Assembly: GCA_905215595.1 (NCBI GenBank)
Contig: CAJMQZ010000001.1
Span: forward strand, 1-53,947
Length of the DNA stretch: 53,947 bases
DNA from: an uncultured bacterium
GTDB lineage: Bacteria > Bacillota > Clostridia > Oscillospirales > Ruminococcaceae
Direction of reading: 5' to 3'
Shown here: in pieces, positions 1 through 9,014 of the stretch
Layout: every line of letters starts with the position of its first letter
Numbering within the stretch: the first letter of the stretch is position 1
Notes under the pieces: generated by a model
Databases searched by the model: none
Told to the model about the DNA's origin: nothing
What the model saw: the letters and a program-made list of their open reading frames with translations, nothing else
Made by a program: the position numbers and the translations under genes

Positions 1-86
1 TCCTGTCGATTCTGTGCCATAGGTTCTCCTTTGAGCATATACTTCAAATTTGAAACAAATATAGCACACCCCGTTCTGCCTGTCAA
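1..86 (-). promoter_or_regulatory. Host flank: sigma70-type promoter, RBS and start codon of a host gene running off the left edge
   Basis: Minus strand TTGACA (81-86), 17-bp spacer, TATATT (58-63); AAGGAG RBS then ATG at 20-18. Confidence 0.6.
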
Positions 87-90
87 GCAC

Positions 91-106
91 AAGGGGAAGG
101 GCTTTT
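91..106. repeat. Left 16-bp direct repeat (target-site duplication / att core) AAGGGGAAGGGCTTTT
   Basis: Identical copy at 53731-53746. Confidence 0.9.
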
Positions 107-122
107 GCTGAATTTGTAAAAT

Positions 123-180
123 AAACGCAAGAGAAAACGCAAGAGAAATCTTAGCGGATTCTCTTGCGTTATTTTTTTTT
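123..180 (+). repeat. Tandem AAACGCAAGAGA x2 plus an inverted copy forming a hairpin with T-tract (terminator / end-binding sites)
   Basis: Copies at 123-134 and 135-146, inverted TTCTCTTGCGTT at 159-170, followed by T9. Confidence 0.6.
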
Positions 181-211
181 GCGCATTTTTCAGGAAAGCG
201 AGGGAACAGGA

Positions 212-460
212 ATGGCAAAACACATGACGCAGGATGACCGCAAGGCGCTGGAAGCCCGGTACAATGCCGGACAGAGTGTTGCCGGAATCGCCAGGGCGAT
301 GAGCTTCAACTATTCCACCATCTATAAGGAACTGAAGCGCGGTGACACTGGAAAGATGGATGCCAATGGTCGCGCAGGATATAGTGCAGAGCTTGGGCAG
401 CAGCGATTATACAACGCAAAGCAGCGGTTCAGGTATCGGGCGGATTGCCCGGCGGAGTAA
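212..460 (+). CDS. Stand-alone HTH protein homologous to the IS30 transposase N-terminal HTH
   Basis: IARAMSFNYSTIYKELKRG...YSAELGQQR aligns with IADRLRVDPSTVYRELKRG...YSPDIAEQR of 52527-53585. Confidence 0.8.
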   Translation: MAKHMTQDDRKALEARYNAGQSVAGIARAMSFNYSTIYKELKRGDTGKMDANGRAGYSAELGQQRLYNAKQRFRYRADCPAE

Positions 461-463
461 GGC

Positions 464-1177
464 ATGGGAGAAGTGTTTAAGCTGAACCATTGCTATAACA
501 TGGACTGCCTGCCGGCAATGGAACTGTTCCCGGATAATTATTTTGATTTGGCGGTTGTGGATCCACCGTATTTCTCTGGCCCGGAACGCAGAGGATTTTA
601 CGGATCAAAAGTCAGCAAAATAGGCGTACATCGTGACTACCCCGTTTCTCCTGCTTGGAGTAAACCAGAACCGGAGTATTTCAGGGAGCTGCTTCGAGTG
701 TGCCGCCGCTATATTGTATGGGGCTGTAATTATTTTGACTACCAGTTTGCTACTGGACGGATCGTGTGGGATAAGTGCAATGGAAATTCTAGCTTTTCAG
801 ATTGCGAGATTGCGGCGACAGATTTGTTTTCCTCAGTGAGAATGTTCCGGTATATGTGGTCCGGCATGATGCAGGGAAAAAGCATCACAGAAGGTGGCAC
901 CATGCAGGGCAACAAGAGCTTAAACGAAAAACGCATCCACCCAACGCAGAAGCCGGTTGCTCTTTATGACTGGATTTTCAAAAACTATGCAGAGCCAGGG
1001 CAGAAGGTTCTTGACACCCATCTTGGAAGTGGAAGCAGCCGCATAGCAGCATATGAGGCTGGACTTGATTTTATCGGATTTGAAATTGATCCGTTCTATT
1101 TCCAGTTGGAAGAAGAACGGTTTTCTGAGTACACAAGTCAAACCAGCCTGTTTCACATGGAGGAAAAGAAAAAATGA
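464..1177 (+). CDS. N6-adenine/N4-cytosine DNA methyltransferase (beta class)
   Basis: DPPY catalytic motif, HPTQKP, and LDTHLGSGSS SAM-binding motif. Confidence 0.9.
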   Translation: MGEVFKLNHCYNMDCLPAMELFPDNYFDLAVVDPPYFSGPERRGFYGSKVSKIGVHRDYPVSPAWSKPEPEYFRELLRVCRRYIVWGCNYFDYQFATGRIVWDKCNGNSSFSDCEIAATDLFSSVRMFRYMWSGMMQGKSITEGGTMQGNKSLNEKRIHPTQKPVALYDWIFKNYAEPGQKVLDTHLGSGSSRIAAYEAGLDFIGFEIDPFYFQLEEERFSEYTSQTSLFHMEEKKK

Positions 1178-1449
1178 TTCTTGAAAAACTTCACAGAGCA
1201 ATCAACAACTTCAACAAGACATTCAACTGGCGGCGCTTCCGCCGCGATGCGCTGCACCTGGGAGAAAGCCTGCTGGTGTTCGGCGTGCTGTATGGCATTT
1301 TTTCAACCCTGATCTGGGGTGTCTGCTGGCTGTTCAAAATCAATTACAACCCAGATCTCATTGCCGTTGCATGGGCAGTGCCGGTGTTGCTGGACACTTT
1401 GGTCAAAAAGGCTTATGACTGGAACAATGAAGTCCGGGACTGGGATTGA
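1174..1449 (+). CDS. Small membrane protein, hypothetical
   Basis: Two hydrophobic segments; ATGA overlap with upstream gene. Confidence 0.6.
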   Translation: MILEKLHRAINNFNKTFNWRRFRRDALHLGESLLVFGVLYGIFSTLIWGVCWLFKINYNPDLIAVAWAVPVLLDTLVKKAYDWNNEVRDWD

Positions 1450-1465
1450 GAGGTGGGAATGACCT

Positions 1466-2020
1466 ATGGATGAAGCAACAAGAATCTCGCTGAAAGACCA
1501 GTTCAAAAGCCTTTTGGTACGGGCTATTGAGGGTAGGCGCGGCGGTATGGCACTGATGCGGGTGCTGGAAGAACTGGACTTTTACAATTCCCCGGCCAGC
1601 GCGAAGCATCACCTGAATGTCCCCGGCGGTCTGGTGCTGCATTCTCTCAATGTGGCAAGAGCTGCCCTGGAATTATGCGACAAGATGCCGCAGTTTGCAA
1701 AATGCAATAAGGACGCAGTCTTGACCGCCGCGTTACTCCATGACGTTTGCAAGGCTGGGCAGTACATCAAAAAGCCGGATGGCAGTTACCGTTATGAAGA
1801 TAGTCACTTGATGGGACACGGTGAAGCATCCGTCAGCATTATCAAAGACTGGATTTTCTTGACCGACACGGAAGCCCTGGCAATCAGGTGGCACATGGGA
1901 GCATATAGCGGAGAACAGGACTGGGGAACGCTCAGCAAAGTATACGACCGCTGCCCGGAAGCCCTGTGCCTGCACATGGCTGACATGATCGCAACGCACA
2001 TCATGGAGGTAGAAGAGTGA
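1466..2020 (+). CDS. HD-domain phosphohydrolase
   Basis: PAS..HH...GGL..HS, LLHD, H, HMG and AD motifs. Confidence 0.85.
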   Translation: MDEATRISLKDQFKSLLVRAIEGRRGGMALMRVLEELDFYNSPASAKHHLNVPGGLVLHSLNVARAALELCDKMPQFAKCNKDAVLTAALLHDVCKAGQYIKKPDGSYRYEDSHLMGHGEASVSIIKDWIFLTDTEALAIRWHMGAYSGEQDWGTLSKVYDRCPEALCLHMADMIATHIMEVEE

Positions 2021-2526
2021 GCAGAGGCACCGCCTACTATGATCTTCCGAATGGTGAGCGAATAGAACTGCCGACAACCATGCCGGATGTTGAGGAAGTG
2101 CCGGGACCCCTATGTGATGGAAAATTTGAATTGCCAGAAGCCGTAAAAGAAATGTTCAAGTGGATGGATGAAACATTCGGAACATGGGAAAGCGACTTCA
2201 GCAGTTTCAAAATCTGGATGAAATTGCGGAAAAACTTCAATCCACCGGTGCGCTGGGAAGCGGTGCAGGACAAGCGTCGAAACCCAAAGCCTTTGGGCCG
2301 AAACACCTATTTATATAAAGCAAGGAAGATTAAGAGCTTGGCAAGAAGTACACATACCAGAGTATCCCTGCACAAGGGAAAACAAAAGGGCACTGAAGAA
2401 CAGTGCAAGCACACATTCAAGATAACCACAGCCCGGTGCGCGCCTTGCAGTGGTTACAACGTGGAGTGCGAGCACTACGAGAAAAACAATGCCGCTGATA
2501 CAAAGCATGGTTCTTCTCAACCGTGA
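2017..2526 (+). CDS. Hypothetical protein with C-terminal Cys cluster
   Basis: Coupled ORF (GTGA overlap) followed by terminator. Confidence 0.55.
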   Translation: MSRGTAYYDLPNGERIELPTTMPDVEEVPGPLCDGKFELPEAVKEMFKWMDETFGTWESDFSSFKIWMKLRKNFNPPVRWEAVQDKRRNPKPLGRNTYLYKARKIKSLARSTHTRVSLHKGKQKGTEEQCKHTFKITTARCAPCSGYNVECEHYEKNNAADTKHGSSQP

Positions 2527-2529
2527 AAT

Positions 2530-2564
2530 AAGCAGCCCTGCACCGCAGAAGCGGGGCTGCTTTT
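2530..2564 (+). terminator. Intrinsic terminator
   Basis: AAGCAGCCCTGC/GCGGGGCTGCTTTT hairpin with U-tract. Confidence 0.7.
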
Positions 2565-3000
2565 ATATGGCACATGGCGCTTTTTCTAGGCATTGAGCGC
2601 TGCAAGCAGGGCCGGACCCTGTATGCGCCGAGTTGAGTTTTCCATGGAAGCCGGTACGGTCAGGAAATCAGCCGTCCGGCATAGCGGAATGGTGCTGTAC
2701 AGCAGCGTCCTCCTTTCCGTTCAAGCCCGGTGAAAGACCGGGCTGCCATTTCCGCGAAAGACGCACCCGCATGGATTTGACGGGAATGGGTGCGCCGCAG
2801 CATGAGCGTAGAAATGCCCTGTTCAATCCGCCCAGGAACAAAAGCGATAGGCCATTGCCGTGGCCGCCCCGTCCGGCGCTCTCTTGCCGGGCGGGTCTGA
2901 TATGCGGACGCATAGAGGATGATCCTGCTTCTGACTATCCCCCATAAGCAGGAAAGCCGGTTCGATGCCGGCCGTCCGTGCAAAAAGAAATGAGGTCAGT

Positions 3001-4732
3001 ATGATTCATCTGGGAGATATAACAAAAATCCACGGTGATGAAATCGAGCCGGTGGACTGCATCACGTTCGGCAGTCCGTGCCAGGATTTGTCCATTGCGG
3101 GACGTAGGGCGGGACTTGCCGGAGAACGATCTGGTCTTTTTGTTGAGGCTGTGCGAATCATCAAGGAAATGAGGAAAGCGACAAATGGAATGTACCCAAC
3201 TTTCGCTATTTGGGAGAACGTACCCGGAGCCTTCTCCAGTAACAACGGAGAGAACTTCCGAGCAGTCCTGGAAGAACTTGCCCGCGTGGAGCAACCAAAC
3301 GCTGTTATTCCTAGACCTCCGAGGGGGGGGCAGATGGAGCAAAGCCGGAGCAATCGCCGGAAACGGATGGTCTTTGGCGTGGAGACAGCTGGACAGTCAA
3401 TATTTCGGAGTGGCCCAGCGCCGAAAGCGTATCGCTCTTGTCCTCGACCTTGGAGGTCAACGCGCCGGAGAAATATTATTTGAGCGCACGAGCCTGTCAA
3501 GGCATCCTGACCCGCGCATCCCGGCGTGGAAAGAAGTTGCCGGACTTACTACAAACTGCTCTGCTGGAAATGATCGAGTGGTGGCAGAGGGGGGGCAGAA
3601 CGCAGCCTACACCTTGAAAATACGTTCGGGATGCGCAGGCGGCGGCAAGGGTGCGCTGGTGCAGACGGAGAAAACCGGGACACTATCGACACTCCAAGAC
3701 CAAACGCTCTTCCAACTGATTCGAGAACCGACATACTGCATTAGCGGGAATACGGTTGACCGGAAAACAAACCAGAACGGGTCAGGCGTAAGAGAAAACG
3801 GATCCTTTACAGTTAACACTGTTGACCGGCACGCGGTGGTATACAGCATTCAAGAAGAAAACCCTGCGCAACCGGTAGTTTTGGAAAGCAATCAGGTTCA
3901 CGCAACGGTCACGCAGACGGGTATTTGCCCAACATTACCGGCGAGTATGGGCCTTGGCGGCGGGTATGTCCCAATGATTACGGACCACCCGGCAGACAAG
4001 CCTGTTGTTTTTGAAAACCATGCGCAGGACGCACGGTACAAGGAAGTCCCCACCTGTTCCCCAACTGTCGTAGCCCGTTGGGGAACAGGTGGGGGAAATA
4101 CACCGCTCGTGGCCGTGCCGGGGCAGGTCACAAGCTACGGCATCGGCAATGGACAGGCCCACGCCTACGCCAGTAAGGAAAAATCCGGGACGCTGGACAC
4201 CATGCACGATGCGCAGGCTGTGACAATCGAATACTCCGGCTGCCTGAATCCATGGGACACCCAGGCGCGGCGGGTATATGGCGAAGATGGCACATTCCCA
4301 GCACTTCCGTCCAGAGAATCAGCGGGCGGGAACCAGCAGGCGGTACTTGCTGGGCAGAGAACAAGATGGATTGTCCGCAGGCTGACACCGACAGAATGTG
4401 AGCGGTTGCAGGGCTACCCGGATGGATGGACGGACATTGGAGAGTGGACGGACACCAAAGGAAAAAAGCATAAGCCGGCAGACAGTCCACGGTACAAAGC
4501 ACTTGGAAATTCCATTGCCCTGCCGCAGTGGTTCTGGATTGCCCAAAAAATGAAGTCATACATGGGCGATGGCGCAAAGCTGGGAAGCCTGTTTGACGGG
4601 ATTGGCGGATTCCCACTGGTATGGGAAACTACATACGGCATCGGGACCGCTCGGTGGGCATCGGAGATTGAAGAATTTCCGATTGCAGTTACGAAAAAAC
4701 ACTTCTCGGAAAGGAAAGAATATGAAAATTGA
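3001..4732 (+). pseudogene. Circularly permuted C5-cytosine DNA methyltransferase, frameshifted at a G8 tract (possibly phase-variable)
   Basis: GSPCQD and WENVPG in the first frame; Q.R.R, RRLTP.EC.RLQG.PD, GNS and SLFDGIGG in the second frame; frames join at G-run 3323-3330. Confidence 0.8.
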
Positions 4733-5258
4733 TGTGGGGAAAATCGCTCTGGTGGCGGTCATGATTGCAGGTATACAGACCGGCGTGCTTTATCACCGTA
4801 TTGATGATCTGGAATGTCAGCGGGATATTTACAAGTCCCGGTATGAGGACTGGGAGGGCGTGTCGAAAGAGATTGCAGAGTACGCCGATACCCTGCGGGA
4901 TTCTCTGAAAGCACGGGACCGACTGGATGGAAAATTGCTAGTTGAGGATGCTGGCGATTTTCTCTGCACGGCCTACTGCACCGAAAAGCGGGAGCATATC
5001 TGCGGCACAGGAACCGGAATCACGGCCAGCGGCGCACCCGTGGAGGTTGGCGTGACGGTGGCGGCAGACCCAGACGTTTTTCCGTTCGGGACTGTCCTCT
5101 ATATCGAGGATGTAGGAGTGCGGATCGTTCAGGACAAAGGAGCGGGAATCCAGGGAAAACACTTGGACATAGCCGTTTCTGGAAGCCACGAAGATGCACT
5201 GAGCTGGCAAGGCTATGGAACGCACCGGGTCTGGATCATCCAGGAGGCAGCGAAGTGA
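4722..5258 (+). CDS. 3D-domain cell-wall-associated protein with N-terminal TM and coiled coil
   Basis: TAYC...GITASG, VAADP..FPFGT, D.G..I.G..LDI motifs. Confidence 0.8.
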   Translation: MKIDVGKIALVAVMIAGIQTGVLYHRIDDLECQRDIYKSRYEDWEGVSKEIAEYADTLRDSLKARDRLDGKLLVEDAGDFLCTAYCTEKREHICGTGTGITASGAPVEVGVTVAADPDVFPFGTVLYIEDVGVRIVQDKGAGIQGKHLDIAVSGSHEDALSWQGYGTHRVWIIQEAAK

Positions 5259-5611
5259 TGTGGGGTAAGCTCCAAACGCACGGAGACAAGAAAAATGACG
5301 CAGAAGTTTTGGCTATTGCTGCTGCGGGTGCCCCGCTGGATGTCATGGCTATGTTTTTTGAATCACACATTGAGGAGTTGCCTGACTTGTGCGTTGAAAA
5401 ACTTGCAGAAGCAGTTGATAAACGCGCCAGCGATACTCCATGTCACCGGGAATCTGAAAACTGGAAAGACCTTGCAGCTTGGGCAAGAATTGAACTTAAA
5501 AGGAGAAAAAGCAATGGACGGATTTGTGAAAACACTGGGTGTTCTGATGGTTTTGGCAGCTGTGGCACTGTGGGCGGCACTGATTTTCTTTGTGCCTGCC
5601 GCACTGATTAA
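5255..5611 (+). CDS. Hypothetical protein
   Basis: Coupled ORF in operon. Confidence 0.45.
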   Translation: MMWGKLQTHGDKKNDAEVLAIAAAGAPLDVMAMFFESHIEELPDLCVEKLAEAVDKRASDTPCHRESENWKDLAAWARIELKRRKSNGRICENTGCSDGFGSCGTVGGTDFLCACRTD

Positions 5612-5635
5612 GTTCCTTTGGCTTTATCTGGTGGC

Positions 5636-5839
5636 ATGATGGACAATGAAACGCTGACACGGATTCTGTCCGCACGATTTATAACGTGTAATGAGCAGGC
5701 CCGAAAAGGCAGTAAGGGATGCACGAAAGAGTGCAAACTCTATGAGCTGCAAGAACCGGGTATGACCTGCCGGGACAGCGTCCTTCTCCACGCAGAGGAA
5801 GCAAAGAAAATTTTGAAAATAAGGTCGCACAACTCCTGA
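5636..5839 (+). CDS. Small Cys-containing hypothetical protein
   Basis: ORF followed by terminator at 5843-5870. Confidence 0.5.
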   Translation: MMDNETLTRILSARFITCNEQARKGSKGCTKECKLYELQEPGMTCRDSVLLHAEEAKKILKIRSHNS

Positions 5840-5938
5840 CACAGGCCGCCCGCTGCGGCGGCCTTTTTTGTGAGCATGGGAACAGGCCCGGCCCGGTTCA
5901 ACTCCGGGATTGCCCAAAACTGAAAGGAGAACACACCG

Positions 5939-6127
5939 ATGCAGAGGTACTACATTTTGCTGAAAGCGACCGGTGCTGGTGGGTGGCCGGGTTGGCTGCC
6001 GTACCGGCTGGATGCGGACAGCGCTGAACAGGCTGTTGAAAAAGCCAAGGAGCAGGCCGAGAATCATTACCCGGAGTACGAAAAGTTTGAAGTTCAGGCT
6101 ATCGAAATTGAAAGGAGAAGCAAATGA
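5939..6127 (+). CDS. Small hypothetical protein
   Basis: GAAAGGAG RBS upstream. Confidence 0.6.
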   Translation: MQRYYILLKATGAGGWPGWLPYRLDADSAEQAVEKAKEQAENHYPEYEKFEVQAIEIERRSK

Positions 6128-6753
6128 AGCTGGCAGCAATCGCAAAGCTCATTAAGGCAGATGGGTACTGTAAACTCTACAAAGTGTTCTATGACGATTG
6201 CAGAACCTATGATTTGTACATTGGAACCAAAACGGCAATCTTCCCGCTGACCGGATTTCCGAAGGCACAAAATGAAAGTGAGTTGGCAACCCTCCTGGGC
6301 ATCAGCAAAAAGAAATGGGCAGACATCGAGTTTGATAATGACTGCCCGGATGATCTCCATCACATCGAAGGGATGGATTTGGACGACACGGCAGACGGAG
6401 AAATGGACTGCGTGACCGGAAGAATCGGTATCCGGTACTGCGGGTGTGAACTGGTTCCAATGATCGAGCCTGTTTCGGGAACGGTCGGTTTTGTGGATGC
6501 GAAGCAGATCATGCCAGTAGCAGATGAAATCCGCAAGAGCGGATATTTCAAATACTGCGCCAGGAAGATGGCGAGCGGCGGACGCTACTATGTTATCAAG
6601 GACGGAATGGTGGTGCGCGGCGCAGTGCTTCCTGTAAAGCTGGAACCTCTGGCAAAGTCTGGACTGCGTGAGCTTGCAGACATGGTGAAAAAGACTAGGG
6701 ATGTTGCCGATGTGGAGGACTTGAGCGAACAGGAGGACAAAAACGATGCGTAA
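6124..6753 (+). CDS. Hypothetical phage protein
   Basis: RBS and ATGA overlap. Confidence 0.7.
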   Translation: MKLAAIAKLIKADGYCKLYKVFYDDCRTYDLYIGTKTAIFPLTGFPKAQNESELATLLGISKKKWADIEFDNDCPDDLHHIEGMDLDDTADGEMDCVTGRIGIRYCGCELVPMIEPVSGTVGFVDAKQIMPVADEIRKSGYFKYCARKMASGGRYYVIKDGMVVRGAVLPVKLEPLAKSGLRELADMVKKTRDVADVEDLSEQEDKNDA

Positions 6754-7015
6754 GACTTTGGAACTGCTGGCTTTGTCCACCTGCACTGCCGCGCTGTGCG
6801 TAACACTGACTGGGTGTGAAGCAGTCAAGGGCACAGCAAGCGGTGAAAAACCGGTCAAGACGGTATATGTTTACCTGCCGGACGGCACTTTACTGGACAA
6901 AGGACGGGCGGACAAGGTAAGTTCGTTTGCACACAATGATCGTATCGTGAAAGTCACGATTGACGGGAAAACATACGAGACCAGCTGGGCCAATGTGGTT
7001 TTAGTGGAGGAATAA
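6746..7015 (+). CDS. Small lipoprotein
   Basis: Signal peptide with LTGC lipobox. Confidence 0.65.
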   Translation: MRKTLELLALSTCTAALCVTLTGCEAVKGTASGEKPVKTVYVYLPDGTLLDKGRADKVSSFAHNDRIVKVTIDGKTYETSWANVVLVEE

Positions 7016-7017
7016 CG

Positions 7018-7665
7018 ATGAGCAAGATTTTGAAAAGTGTAACCTTGGGTGATGTGAAAAATGGTGGCATCTTCAGAGCGCTGGGCAAGGAGTTTGTGAA
7101 GCTGGATGCGGACGAACACGGCTGCCTTGTACTGGCAAAGGACATTTGGACGAAAATGCCGTTCCGTGAGGGAGACGACCCGGAATGCCCCAATGATCTG
7201 CGCCGGAGCGAGATCATGTCGTATCTGGGCAACCGTTTGGCAGAGTTTACCGAGAAAGGCACGCCGCTGGATATTTTCATCCCGTTCAAGATTGATCTGC
7301 AGGATACGACCGGCCAGACTGAATATGGAACTGTCGAGTACCGGATTGGCTTGCTGACCCTGCGCCAGTATGGCAAGTATTGGCGGCTGATTCCGAAGGC
7401 AGATGTGCCGTGGTGGCTGGCAACTCCTTACGGTACGCCGAACAGCTCTCCGCGCGCCAGCAATGGCAGCAACGTCTGGAGCGTCTACACCGATGGCTCC
7501 TACGACGGCAACTGGTGCAGCTACTCCTATGGTGTTCGCCCCGTTTTGTGCTTTTCCTCTGCACTCTTGGTCTCTGTTGAGGACGAAGGCGAGGCCGGGT
7601 TTTCTCTTGCAAATGTTCCGCTGGATGATCTGCTGGCTGAGATCAAGAGCCGGACGGAGGGTTGA
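7018..7665 (+). CDS. Remote DGR target protein (DUF6273 / C-type-lectin-like variable domain)
   Basis: WWLATP...GVRP motif; contains VR2 matching the TR. Confidence 0.9.
   Translation: MSKILKSVTLGDVKNGGIFRALGKEFVKLDADEHGCLVLAKDIWTKMPFREGDDPECPNDLRRSEIMSYLGNRLAEFTEKGTPLDIFIPFKIDLQDTTGQTEYGTVEYRIGLLTLRQYGKYWRLIPKADVPWWLATPYGTPNSSPRASNGSNVWSVYTDGSYDGNWCSYSYGVRPVLCFSSALLVSVEDEGEAGFSLANVPLDDLLAEIKSRTEG
7445..7543 (+). repeat. DGR variable repeat VR2
   Basis: 99-nt ungapped match to TR 47876-47974; 16 mismatches, all at TR adenines. Confidence 0.95.
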
Positions 7666-8003
7666 CCATGGATGCAGTGAAAAATGACGTGAAGCGGCTG
7701 GTCAAAATTGAGCTGGCCGCTGCAAACAAGAAGTTTCGGATGTTTGCAGGACCGCATGAGGGCGCGGGAATCATCCAAGAAGAAGTCGTGGAAGCTGTGC
7801 AGGAAATGAACGGTCTGCGTCAGGAACTCAATGCAATGTGGATGAATGTTTACTCCAACAATCCGCAGATTTCCACGAAGGGTGTATATGACCGGGCTGT
7901 TGCTCTGGCCGTGGAAGCTATTCAGACAGCAGCGATGGCCCGGAAGTTTGAGCGCAGCCAGCGCCGTCACTGGCCGGGGGGCAAAGGAGCCGCACTATGG
8001 TGA
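7662..8003 (+). CDS. Hypothetical protein, possibly MazG-like NTP pyrophosphohydrolase fold
   Basis: HEG..II.EE..E and E.IQ.AAM helical motifs. Confidence 0.45.
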   Translation: MTMDAVKNDVKRLVKIELAAANKKFRMFAGPHEGAGIIQEEVVEAVQEMNGLRQELNAMWMNVYSNNPQISTKGVYDRAVALAVEAIQTAAMARKFERSQRRHWPGGKGAALW

Positions 8004-8476
8004 AGAAGAATGACGCACCTACCGAAATCGAGACCATCACGCTGACCATGAGCCGCCCAGTGGCGGAGGCTGTGCAGACTGCCTGCGAGTGGTATCTGCG
8101 GCTGCACATGGGACAGTTCTGGGATCTGGCAGAAGACTTGTGCTTTGCAAAATTCTACTCGGACGCGGAAAGCAATGCGTTTCAGAGCGAGGAACAGCGT
8201 AAAAACGCTTTTAATGTTGCGATAGACCGCAGAAATACCATGCTGCTAGAAATGGAACGGCTGTACAGCAGATACGTTCTCCCCGCCCCGACCTCAGACG
8301 TAATGAAGGTGCCGTACCGGGCAGAACAGGTATGGCTTGTTATTCGCCACGCCCTGGCATGGCATGACAAGCCGGAGGGCGATCCATGGAATGTGTGCTT
8401 TGATAAGCCGCTGAACCGCAGCGACCAGCCGCAGCCGGTAGTAAAACTCAATGAAAAGCAGGAGGCAAAGAAATGA
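7997..8476 (+). CDS. Hypothetical phage protein
   Basis: AAGGAG RBS, operon context. Confidence 0.65.
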   Translation: MVKKNDAPTEIETITLTMSRPVAEAVQTACEWYLRLHMGQFWDLAEDLCFAKFYSDAESNAFQSEEQRKNAFNVAIDRRNTMLLEMERLYSRYVLPAPTSDVMKVPYRAEQVWLVIRHALAWHDKPEGDPWNVCFDKPLNRSDQPQPVVKLNEKQEAKK

Positions 8477-8715
8477 GAAAGATTTTTATGGTGGGAGCAT
8501 CTGCGGCGGCAAGCGTTTTGCTGATGACGGGATGCAACAAGCAGGTAATTGATTTGACCTACGAATATTCGCAGGCACAGATTAAAATGCCGGATGGAAC
8601 CGTAATTGAGGGCAAGGTGGATAGCTGGAACGATTATGAAGGCGACCAGTTACAGGTCAAAATTAACGGAACAACATATCTGGCCCATTCGTCAAACGTG
8701 GTCCTCTGGCACTGA
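8473..8715 (+). CDS. Small lipoprotein
   Basis: Signal peptide with MTGC lipobox. Confidence 0.65.
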   Translation: MRKIFMVGASAAASVLLMTGCNKQVIDLTYEYSQAQIKMPDGTVIEGKVDSWNDYEGDQLQVKINGTTYLAHSSNVVLWH

Positions 8716-8798
8716 GCAAGGGCAGAGTTCGGGATCGAGAGGAAGAAGTTGCACCCGAATCTTGAAGATTTTGAGGTTATGAAGTTGGAGAAAGTGCA

Positions 8799-9014
8799 AT
8801 GAGACAGAACGGAGCAATGTTTATCTGCAACCGTTGCCGGAAGCAGGTATTTGCAGAACGGTTCGATGATGGTCGGTTTGACCAGAAGGCACTGGATGGG
8901 TGGGCGCTTGAAACAAGGGACTTCTTTGGAGTTGGTGACTTGTGCCCGGAGTGCTTCAAGGTGTACCGCGAAACGATGGAACGTTTTTATACGGGAGGCA
9001 AACGTGGAGCCTGA
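8799..9014 (+). CDS. Zn-ribbon protein
   Basis: CNRC...DLCPEC. Confidence 0.6.
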   Translation: MRQNGAMFICNRCRKQVFAERFDDGRFDQKALDGWALETRDFFGVGDLCPECFKVYRETMERFYTGGKRGA

